From: Candidatus Levyibacteriota bacterium
GTDB taxonomy: Bacteria; Patescibacteriota; Microgenomatia; Levybacterales; GWA1-39-11
DNA length: 64,000 nt
NCBI GenBank assembly: GCA_036788695.1
Contig: DAIQMY010000004.1
Span: 8,136-72,135, forward strand
Reading direction: 5' to 3'
Positions 56,435 to 64,000 of this stretch are shown piece by piece. How positions within the stretch are numbered: position 1 is the first letter of the stretch; every line of letters begins with the position of its first letter. The notes beneath the pieces were generated by a model. That model was not told the origin of the DNA and ran no database searches. It worked only from the letters and a program-made list of their open reading frames with translations. The translations under genes were made by a program, and so were the position numbers.

Positions 56435-56569
56435 GCAGTTTGCTACTTGTGAAGTTATAAAACGCTTGATATTCTATATAGAAGTGAGGGTTTTTATGTA
56501 TACACCTCTTGCCTCGTTTTATCTCCCAAAATTGCTAATCTTTCCTTTTTTTATTATTTGTGAGAGGAG

Positions 56570-56776
56570 GTGAAGAAAATGAAAGTATTAACAATAGTTG
56601 CCTTTGTCCTCTTGATAGTAGGCGGTTTGAATTGGGGTCTTGTGGGATTGTTTCAGTTTGATCTAGTAGCCGCAATATTTGGAGTAGGATCGCTTGTTTC
56701 AAATATAGTATATATTTTGGTAGGTCTTTCTGCAGTGTATGTTGCAGCAGTAGTATTACCAAAACAAATGAAGTAA
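56570..56776 (+). CDS. DUF378 small membrane protein (paralog B)
   Basis: GGLNWGLVGLFQFDLVAAIFG...YILVGLSAVY; SD GAGGAGGTGAAG 6 nt upstream. Confidence 0.55.
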   Translation: MKKMKVLTIVAFVLLIVGGLNWGLVGLFQFDLVAAIFGVGSLVSNIVYILVGLSAVYVAAVVLPKQMK

Positions 56777-56858
56777 TTGTTACTTCAGTGGCACAAACAG
56801 TCTTTGTGCCACTTTTAGCAATAACTACCTGATTCTTGTGATAAGACATAGGTATGCG

Positions 56859-57260
56859 TTATGTAAGTTTGTAGTGTTTTTGATATAGATATATGTGGTT
56901 TTTACATCCTATCTTTTTCCATTTTGGAAATTGATAATAATTTGTAAGAACACGTGCTCCAGGTTTTAACTCGTTCAATAATTTTTCCTCAAGTGAGAGC
57001 ATTATATCCGGCATGGGATAAATTGTTATGATATCAAATCTAGATAAATCGGCAATCCAAAAATCCTTATTTAAAATCTGTGTGTTTTGATTTACTTCTG
57101 CTTTATTTATTAAATCATTTGATCTCTTAACTAAATCTGAATCTAATTCATACCCAGTTACAACTCCGCCCTTATTTGCAAACGCGATAGATATTCTTCC
57201 GTCTCCTGATCCTAGGTCCGCTACAGTTTCTCCGGGCTGTATGGAAGACAATTCAATCAT
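56859..57260 (-). CDS. small class I SAM-dependent methyltransferase-like protein (133 aa)
   Basis: Motif I VADLGSGDGRISIA; motif II VTGYELD. Confidence 0.5.
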   Translation of the reverse strand: MIELSSIQPGETVADLGSGDGRISIAFANKGGVVTGYELDSDLVKRSNDLINKAEVNQNTQILNKDFWIADLSRFDIITIYPMPDIMLSLEEKLLNELKPGARVLTNYYQFPKWKKIGCKNHIYLYQKHYKLT

Positions 57261-57292
57261 GGCTTCAACTCTGTATCGAGACGTTTCAAAGT

Positions 57293-58054
57293 ATGGAATT
57301 TGCGAGTGGGTATTTATATATGTATTCTACAGTATTCGCAATTTATGGAACACCGCAGTATAATAAATTGGATATGCAGGACAAGAAATATAAGCTATCG
57401 CCCTCTGACTTTGGGTATCTATGGAACGATTGTAAACATTGCTACTATCATAAGGTCAAATATGGAATAGCATCTCCCGGTATTTTTCCGTCAATGTTTG
57501 GTCGTATAAATAAACTGCTTCAAGATTCAATCATGGGCAACAACTTAAACTCTATTCATCCAGAACTACCGTCGGGTATTATTTCAATACAGGAAGGGTT
57601 TCTGAGGTCAATACCAATTCCTGGCGCAACCAATTGCTACATTCAGGGAAGATTTGATATTTTAACACGGTTAGATGATGGTACATATACAGTTATAGAT
57701 TTTAAAATAACTCCACCAGATGAGGAAAAATTACTCGATAAGTACTCAAGTCAATTGCATGCGTATAAATTTGCATTGGAAAATCCAGAGAAGGGTGATC
57801 CTGTTCAGATTTCAAAACTCGGAATTGTAAGTGTGAATCCGGAAGAGATGAGACTTGAAGGTGGGAAAATAATCTTTACGGCAGTCCCAAGATATCATGA
57901 AGTTAAAACTGATATGAACACATTTTATTCACTTATTTCAGACATTTCAAAAGTCTTAGAAGGAGATAAGCCGCTTCCTACAGAGTCATGTGGTCTTTGT
58001 AGATATAGAGCATATTTTATGGATTCAGGTTCAGAAGAGGATATTCCTTTTTAA
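57293..58054 (+). CDS. Cas4/RecB-like PD-(D/E)xK nuclease with 4-Cys cluster
   Basis: RFDILTRLDDGTYTVIDFKIT (D...(D/E)xK), QLHAY (QxxxY), N-terminal CKHC plus C-terminal CGLC. The real start may be the internal Met at 57374. Confidence 0.5.
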   Translation: MEFASGYLYMYSTVFAIYGTPQYNKLDMQDKKYKLSPSDFGYLWNDCKHCYYHKVKYGIASPGIFPSMFGRINKLLQDSIMGNNLNSIHPELPSGIISIQEGFLRSIPIPGATNCYIQGRFDILTRLDDGTYTVIDFKITPPDEEKLLDKYSSQLHAYKFALENPEKGDPVQISKLGIVSVNPEEMRLEGGKIIFTAVPRYHEVKTDMNTFYSLISDISKVLEGDKPLPTESCGLCRYRAYFMDSGSEEDIPF

Positions 58055-58056
58055 TA

Positions 58057-58647
58057 TTATTCGCTGAATGGTTGAATTGATTGAGGATTTTCTACAGTTA
58101 TAGATTGTGTGCATGAATCAAATGAACCAGTTACAAAATAATCAGTATTCAAAGTTAGGGCAGTTGCTGAAAGATGATTTTTAAATATCATTCTGAGTGC
58201 TGACTTATCTGTTTCTATAAGAATTGTTCTTTTTTCAGTTTTTCCTCCCACAAAATCTTCTAAGAAGGGCAGATAGGAGAAAAGATTTGGTTTTAAAGAG
58301 TCTTCATAGGTGAGCGTGGTAATTTTTCCAATTCTTGTTTGTACCCCTTTTTCGCAAAAGGCGCGCGTGCCGCCTAATATTCCAAATGTTCCCAATACAA
58401 CTGCAATTCCCATAACTCCAAGCGATCCTTTCAAGGTAAAAGAAAATGCTTTCTGTTGTTTTATGTCCTCGAGTAATTTTGTAATTTTACGTAGCGGATT
58501 TCCAATATGGATATCAATTAACTCATCATCTTGAGATTTTTTGACGCGAGAATTATCATGAAGGAAAGATGTAAGAGGGTTCGGCTTTTTTTCAGTCACA
58601 GCCTCCTGTGATTTGTTTTTTTCGTCTTGGTATAGTTCTTCAGTCAT
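58057..58647 (-). CDS. membrane-anchored hypothetical protein
   Basis: Single central TM. Confidence 0.3.
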   Translation of the reverse strand: MTEELYQDEKNKSQEAVTEKKPNPLTSFLHDNSRVKKSQDDELIDIHIGNPLRKITKLLEDIKQQKAFSFTLKGSLGVMGIAVVLGTFGILGGTRAFCEKGVQTRIGKITTLTYEDSLKPNLFSYLPFLEDFVGGKTEKRTILIETDKSALRMIFKNHLSATALTLNTDYFVTGSFDSCTQSITVENPQSIQPFSE

Positions 58648-58775
58648 AAAACTCCTATAACTCTTAGAATAATAAAAACAAAAAAAATAATCAACTAACT
58701 CATGAGAGATCTATGCATACTGCAGATAATAAATTCTGAAGCGCCTAAGTACTGGGGGTTTGGAGCTTATAAAAA

Positions 58776-59723
58776 TTAAAAGAGGCCTTGGGTAAGCTCA
58801 GATAAAGAAAATTCTACTTCAAAGGTGGTTCTATCACCAACGTTTACATATAAAGATAGTGTGTCTTTCTCCTCTTTTTTTATAAGTCCACCACAAGAGT
58901 AAATAACACGTCTTTCCTCCGGGTGTAATTCCTCTACAAGTGGCTCGCCGTTTTTATCTAGAAAATTGTCTGGAGTGAGAATTGGGTCAGGTGCTACCAC
59001 AACCTGAAATTGATTGTCATGTCTTACTAATTTTGCGCGTCCTATGCTGTACACGTACTTTTCGCGACCATCAATTATTTTTTTTGAAATTCCGTGGATA
59101 ATAAAAAGAGCTTCTTGTGGCGTGATCCACAATGGGGGCATAGTAGTTCCCATTCTCCATGTTGCCCATGGTAAATTAGCAGGGAAGACTATGTCACCAA
59201 GTTTTTCAGGGACTTGTGAGTGAAGAGAGAATACCAGGAGCTTGTGGTAGTAGTCTTCTGATTCGGGGCGAAAAAGATATGTTGTGTTATCAATCGGAGT
59301 TAAGTTTTTCCCTGGACCAAAAGTGCCTATAAAAAGAAATGGAGGAAGCTCTTGCTTCCATGAAAGGAGAGAGTCTATTTTAACAATAGCCGGAAAAGGA
59401 ATTGGTTTTCCTGTTTTGCTTCTCAGAACTGATGTAAGTCCTACTAGTAAATTACCATTGTCCAGGAGAAGTGCTCGCGGGTCTTCCAGGCTAATGTTGT
59501 CATATAATGGTTTCCATATAATGCGCTCGTGTATGGTTGCGCCTTCCCTATCTACTTCAAACAGTTTTAAAATTCCGGTATCAGGCTCACCATTTTCTCC
59601 TGGTGTTATTACTTCACGACCAATGAAGCAAACAGAATTGTCATCCGTTTTTTGCCATACCGCCAGATTGTAGCGCGCTACATCTATGTTTGGAAAAATA
59701 TATTTAATTTGTTTAATTTTCAT
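58776..59723 (-). CDS. beta-propeller glycosidase/phosphorylase-like protein (GH130/GH43-like, weak)
   Basis: LEDPRALLLDNGNLLVG resembles the EDPR motif of five-bladed propeller glycosidases. Overlaps the upstream GT gene by 11 nt. Confidence 0.35.
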   Translation of the reverse strand: MKIKQIKYIFPNIDVARYNLAVWQKTDDNSVCFIGREVITPGENGEPDTGILKLFEVDREGATIHERIIWKPLYDNISLEDPRALLLDNGNLLVGLTSVLRSKTGKPIPFPAIVKIDSLLSWKQELPPFLFIGTFGPGKNLTPIDNTTYLFRPESEDYYHKLLVFSLHSQVPEKLGDIVFPANLPWATWRMGTTMPPLWITPQEALFIIHGISKKIIDGREKYVYSIGRAKLVRHDNQFQVVVAPDPILTPDNFLDKNGEPLVEELHPEERRVIYSCGGLIKKEEKDTLSLYVNVGDRTTFEVEFSLSELTQGLF

Positions 59724-61908
59724 TTAACTGTGTAATAACAATGCTCGACATTAAATATGATACGAGTGATTCGGCTCCTTGATTTAAGTTGACGCGATCC
59801 GGGTGTAAGCCGTCATAACAACCTCCATTTGTATAGTCATAGAGTGCTTTTTTCAAACTGTTATTGCCAAGAAACCAACTAAAACAGATATTGGCTAATT
59901 TTCTATAATTATCCTTACTAGTGTAGCGGTATGCACGGTCTAACGCAAGAATCATTGATGCGGGATCTTCTGGCTGTTGATCATAACTGCTTCTTTTTTC
60001 TTTATTTTTATACCAATGTGCGTGTCCTATTGGCATATATGTTTTAGAAAACGTTTTACTAATAAGAAATTGTAAGCTTAAAATTCCCTGGGTGGCATAT
60101 TCGTCATTTTTTAAGGTCTCACCGGCTATAAGTAAACTTTCAGGGAGGAGGGCATTATTATAATTCAAGTCATGCTCAAACCATCTCCAAGATTTAATGG
60201 AATTTTTTGTTAACTCATAGAGTAAGGAATCAGCATATTCCGTAATCTTTGCGTGAAGAAGGGGTTTTATTTCTGGGAGAACTGTTAAAGCGAGAGAAAA
60301 AGATTTTATTGCCAGGGCTTTAGCTCGTAAATGAGTAAGCTTTGTATCTTGCCTCAGATTAAAAAGAAAAATTCTTTTTGCCTCGTTTCTTAAAACTGGT
60401 GAAATCTTTTTATTAGTCATTATTTCAGATAACCCCCAAAGTGCGCGCATTTGTGCATCTTCTAAATCTTCTGCATTATTTTGTTTTGTAGGCTTGTTAT
60501 CACCAAATCCTACATAGTTTATGAATGAGCCATCCTTCTGTTGACAATTCTTAATAAATGTAAGATACACTTTTAGTAGTTTTTGCACTTTATGTGTGTA
60601 TCCAATTTTAATAAGCCAACTACAGACTATAAGTGCACGAGTGTTGTCATCCAGTGTGTAGCCAGAGTCTTTATTAGGGTTTGAGAACCGCGCAAATTGG
60701 AACAATCCAAAATTATCCGTCATATGTATGAGGTGGTTTATTTTTATAGGTGGTACGGATAATTTTCCAAGTAGGGATAGGTATTCTCGCGCTACATTAC
60801 TCCACATCATGCTACGGGTATTTTTATATGCATTTTTATGCATTTTTGAAAGTCTTTTTTTATCACCTAATAGGTTAAGTATGGCATTTGTTAATGCGGA
60901 GGGGTCTTTAATGGGTACTAATCTTCCGTTTTCGGGCGTTATAATCTCTTTAGCTTGAGCAAACTCTGTACTTATTGCCGCACGCCCTGTACCCAGTGCG
61001 TAAGACAAGGTTCCGCTTACTGCATGATTTGGATCAGTAGAAGTTGCAATATAAATATCAGTTGCTTTTAGGAATTCAAATAAGTCCGGAAGGCTAAAGT
61101 ATTGATCATAAAACTTTACGTTGTTTTCAATCTTCAGTTTTGTTATGAGATCTGCCAATTCTACTCTGTATTTTTCCCCCTCATTTCTTCTTACAACCGG
61201 ATGGGTTTCTCCTAAAATAAGATAAAGTGTAGAAGGGTATTTTTTAATGACTTTTGGTAGCGCTTGGAGCACATATTCTATTCCTTTTCCTCTGCCCAAA
61301 AGTCCAAATGTGCTTAGAATGATATGATTTTCTAGCTGTAATCTTATTTTGTGGTCTTTTGGGTCTGATTGCGCAACGGAATGAATTCCATGAGGAACCA
61401 TAAAGATCTTTCCGTTAAATCTAGAGTAGAGTGTCTCTATAATTTTTTTTGAATTGTTAGTAAGTACAACAACCGTATTTGCATAGCTTATAATACTTTC
61501 AGTAACTTCTTTCATTTTTGGATTAGGATTCGGAAGAACTGTGTGTAGGGTTACAAGCATTGGTTTGCGGCAATTTTTCATGAATGAAAGAAGCAATTCT
61601 CCTTCCACACCGCCGAATATTCCATACTCATGTTGGATAATTACTCCCGTTACATTTGCGTTTTTATTTATGATTTCGGCAAGGTTTAAGTAGTCATTGA
61701 TGTTATTTTGATCTATTTTCCAATCTACTTCTTTAGGGTATTTGTAGGTGTCTAGGGGAGTTAGGTTAAGTGCTGCAACGCGGCATTCCACTAAAGGTCC
61801 CAGAAGTTTTTGACTTGACTTTAGTAAGTCTTGTGTAAATGTTGCTATCCCGCATTCACGAGGAGGATATGTACTCAGAAAAATGATAGTTGGTTTAGAT
61901 TCAGACAT
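59713..61908 (-). CDS. GT4 glycosyltransferase fused to a C-terminal (alpha/alpha)6 glycoside-hydrolase-like domain
   Basis: N-terminal half is GT-B/GT4-like (GLLGRGKGIEYVLQAL...ENGRLVPIKDP). The C-terminal ~350 aa is helical-repeat rich, GH15/GH63-like. Start trimmed to MSESKPTIIFL. Confidence 0.55.
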   Translation of the reverse strand: MSESKPTIIFLSTYPPRECGIATFTQDLLKSSQKLLGPLVECRVAALNLTPLDTYKYPKEVDWKIDQNNINDYLNLAEIINKNANVTGVIIQHEYGIFGGVEGELLLSFMKNCRKPMLVTLHTVLPNPNPKMKEVTESIISYANTVVVLTNNSKKIIETLYSRFNGKIFMVPHGIHSVAQSDPKDHKIRLQLENHIILSTFGLLGRGKGIEYVLQALPKVIKKYPSTLYLILGETHPVVRRNEGEKYRVELADLITKLKIENNVKFYDQYFSLPDLFEFLKATDIYIATSTDPNHAVSGTLSYALGTGRAAISTEFAQAKEIITPENGRLVPIKDPSALTNAILNLLGDKKRLSKMHKNAYKNTRSMMWSNVAREYLSLLGKLSVPPIKINHLIHMTDNFGLFQFARFSNPNKDSGYTLDDNTRALIVCSWLIKIGYTHKVQKLLKVYLTFIKNCQQKDGSFINYVGFGDNKPTKQNNAEDLEDAQMRALWGLSEIMTNKKISPVLRNEAKRIFLFNLRQDTKLTHLRAKALAIKSFSLALTVLPEIKPLLHAKITEYADSLLYELTKNSIKSWRWFEHDLNYNNALLPESLLIAGETLKNDEYATQGILSLQFLISKTFSKTYMPIGHAHWYKNKEKRSSYDQQPEDPASMILALDRAYRYTSKDNYRKLANICFSWFLGNNSLKKALYDYTNGGCYDGLHPDRVNLNQGAESLVSYLMSSIVITQLNEN

Positions 61909-62210
61909 GTGCTTAATTATACCTCTTTTCACCACTATAAGTCTTATCAATTAGTATAAAAATTCAACTAGGCACATAATTTAGCTGTGTTTTAATTAAA
62001 ACAAATAATATTGCCTTGATTTTTTCTCAGAACGTAACACTTTCCCTTGAAATTGGAGTAGTTGTTCTCATTTGCTCACTCATAGCGTGTTACCTAAAAG
62101 ATAAATAATTTCAGTTACAGTATTTTCTAAGCGTTTAATTAAATACAAAATAATTAAGAATGTTGACAGGAGGTTTATTGCATGGTTATATTAAATACGC
62201 AGGGGATAAA

Positions 62211-63530
62211 ATGCTTTTTCTTAAAACACTTTTAGCACTTGCCATATTTCTTTTTTTCCCCGCTCAAGTTCTTGCGTCTACATCAGTTACTCTTGCACCA
62301 ACACTTGACACCTATGTCTACAAGGCAGCAGTAAATGCTGCAAATGGAAATTCTTCCACAATCGTTTCTTTCTGTGACTTTGCTCATGATAACCAAGGAT
62401 TAGCTCTTTTAAAGTTTGATCTTTCTAGTATTCCGGCAAACGCAACTATAAACTCAGCTTATTTTTCAATGTACCAAAAAGATTCAAGCGGTGTTAGCCC
62501 TGAATTTATTAGCCTTGCTCCGGTAAGTGATAACTGGCAGAACACTGTAACATGGGCGACGCATCCTGTTTCAGAAGCCGCATATGCTGGTACACAGTTA
62601 AATGATGAGGATGGTTATAAAACTTGGGATGTTAAAACAATGATTAAAGCCTGGGTAAAAGGGGATATTTCAAACTATGGATTTTATCTTAAGCCGTTTG
62701 TGTGCAGTAATAACAATATATATAGTCGATCCTTTTACTCAAAAGAGGCAGCCCAAAACCATCCAAAGCTTGTTATTAATTATTCTATTCCAACTAACTT
62801 TGCACAAATATCTCCAATTGCAAAAGTAACGCTTGCTTTCAATATTTCACCTGTTCAGGCAAATATCTCTGGTGATCAGAATGAAAATCTAACAATTTCT
62901 GACGTGAATGCACAGGGAGATTTTAGTTCAGTTGTAATTTCCTGGAAAACAAATAAACCCGCAGCAAGTTACGTATATTATGGAGATGCACAAGATGGAG
63001 TAAATAGGTTTGATAAACAGATAGGTAATCAGGATCAGGTGACTAATCACACAATCTCTATTCAAGGATTAAAACCCGCAAACACCTTTAGCTATAAAGT
63101 AATGTCAGTAGACTCTGAGGCAAGTACTATATTTGGTCCAATTGGAAAGTTTAGCACGTTAAACGAGCCTAATGGAGATGCCTATGGGGCAGATAGTATT
63201 TCTAGTTCTACTGCCGTTTCTGAGCAGGGGACACTTAGTCAAATAAAAAGTGGAGTAGAGAGCAAAATAGCAGAATATGTGATACAGGAATCAACTCCCG
63301 CAACTAATCTGGCAACGTCAGAGGCAGGAATTAATCCTACTTATAAAACTATGAAAAGTAACAATCCAGTGGTTCTTTTTGCTGGGTGGGCAGGTACAAA
63401 TAGGATTGCAGGGGTAGTAATGATAGTTTTAGGAGTAGGGTGTTTTGCTTGCGCCTTTATACTGTTTAAGACAGGAAGACACATACATAGACATATTCAG
63501 AAAAACTTGAGAAAGAGCAAAAGAAAATGA
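62211..63530 (+). CDS. secreted surface protein (DNRLRE-like and Fn3-like domains) with C-terminal TM plus basic tail anchor
   Basis: Signal peptide MLFLKTLLALAIFLFFPAQVLA; DNWQNTVTWATHPV; C-terminus VVMIVLGVGCFACAFILFKTGRHIHRHIQKNLRKSKRK. Confidence 0.4.
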   Translation: MLFLKTLLALAIFLFFPAQVLASTSVTLAPTLDTYVYKAAVNAANGNSSTIVSFCDFAHDNQGLALLKFDLSSIPANATINSAYFSMYQKDSSGVSPEFISLAPVSDNWQNTVTWATHPVSEAAYAGTQLNDEDGYKTWDVKTMIKAWVKGDISNYGFYLKPFVCSNNNIYSRSFYSKEAAQNHPKLVINYSIPTNFAQISPIAKVTLAFNISPVQANISGDQNENLTISDVNAQGDFSSVVISWKTNKPAASYVYYGDAQDGVNRFDKQIGNQDQVTNHTISIQGLKPANTFSYKVMSVDSEASTIFGPIGKFSTLNEPNGDAYGADSISSSTAVSEQGTLSQIKSGVESKIAEYVIQESTPATNLATSEAGINPTYKTMKSNNPVVLFAGWAGTNRIAGVVMIVLGVGCFACAFILFKTGRHIHRHIQKNLRKSKRK

Positions 63531-63625
63531 AATTGAGAAAGATAACAATAGTTTTATTAGTACTTATTGGATTGGCATTTATTATTATGGGGTCTATGAT
63601 GGTAGGTATTACTCCCAGTCATTAA
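63527..63625 (+). CDS. possible 32-aa membrane peptide, ATGA-overlapped with the upstream gene
   Basis: MKLRKITIVLLVLIGLAFIIMGSMMVGITPSH; translationally coupled geometry. Confidence 0.2.
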   Translation: MKLRKITIVLLVLIGLAFIIMGSMMVGITPSH

Positions 63626-63706
63626 GTTACATAAAAAATTACTAACAGTTATAATCTACACGTTAACAAAAAAAAGCTTGTTATCCCTGCATCACTCTTT
63701 ACTTCT

Positions 63707-64000
63707 TTATTGAGTTCTGGAATTCATTTTAAGCATGTTTGCACATTCCTTTCCCATGGCGTTTCCGTATTTTGAAGCAATGCTGTGATCATTGGGGAGC
63801 GATTGAGGGTTAATTTTATGTGCAACTCCATGCATAATTTTGGTTCCATTTTGAAACATAATTTTCGCAAGACCAGTTTTCCAAGACGATCTTGCGGGTA
63901 GTGCCTCGTATATAACTGAAGCGAGAGCGTGAGTCCATGCATAGTACGTGTCCCCTGCCACATCTTGAGGAATAGTACTTTTACACGCAGCAAGAGAATT
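63707..64000 (-). CDS. partial hypothetical protein (N-terminus beyond window end)
   Basis: Open frame running to the window edge. Confidence 0.2.
   Translation of the reverse strand, partial: NSLAACKSTIPQDVAGDTYYAWTHALASVIYEALPARSSWKTGLAKIMFQNGTKIMHGVAHKINPQSLPNDHSIASKYGNAMGKECANMLKMNSRTQ

Noticed and set aside
59014-59673. Plus-strand ORFs 59014..59223 and 59284..59673
   Set aside because: Antisense within the beta-propeller gene 58776..59723.

Overview
AT-rich window (roughly 35-40% GC) with small tightly packed genes, many signal-peptide or TM-anchored proteins with Pro/Thr-rich linkers, and mostly weak Shine-Dalgarno sequences. This looks like a Patescibacteria (CPR)-type genome, which is an inference. 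It opens with the 3' end of a 16S rRNA gene (1..383) carrying a roughly 70-nt AT-rich expansion of helix 44. The 16S is followed not by 23S but by an antisense tRNA-Cys(GCA) and protein genes, so the rRNA operon is unlinked. Recognisable housekeeping content: a thymidylate cluster (dcd, tmk, a second dcd/dut-like gene, thyA, a Nudix gene, folA), glyA, a remodelled rpsB-tsf...rseP...frr neighbourhood that lacks pyrH and cdsA, recR, purB, dus, msrB, an archaeal-type NMN adenylyltransferase, AlkD-like, YhhQ-like, TspO, Crp, two MFS transporters, an L,D-transpeptidase, a VanW-like protein and a UppS-like gene. Accessory content: (i) a PaaX-like wHTH plus Cas2-like-domain protein bracketed by a duplicated 23-nt promoter-like element, next to a roughly 300-nt repeat-rich noncoding stretch; (ii) surface-protein genes including an Fn3 protein, a dockerin-like C-terminal protein, two cohesin-like paralogs, a 706-aa metzincin (HELGHxxGxxH) with a long Cys-rich tail, and two overlapping TadE/TadG-like pseudopilin genes, one with a vWA domain; (iii) a TrpR/YerC-like HTH gene bracketed by two copies of a perfect ACTAGT-centred palindrome, followed by a C-depleted GA-rich degenerate tandem repeat upstream of frr; (iv) two tandem receiver-only response regulators behind a near-leaderless promoter; (v) a poxvirus-type topoisomerase IB gene flanked by a duplicated gene pair and a stand-alone triple zinc-ribbon protein; (vi) a divergent small methyltransferase plus Cas4-like PD-(D/E)xK nuclease pair; (vii) a GT4 glycosyltransferase fused to an (alpha/alpha)6 hydrolase-like domain, overlapping a beta-propeller gene; (viii) a cluster of channel-like membrane proteins (TMEM175-like, a K-channel-like pore with a degenerate filter, an HMBD fusion). 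No CRISPR array, integrase or transposase was recognised.
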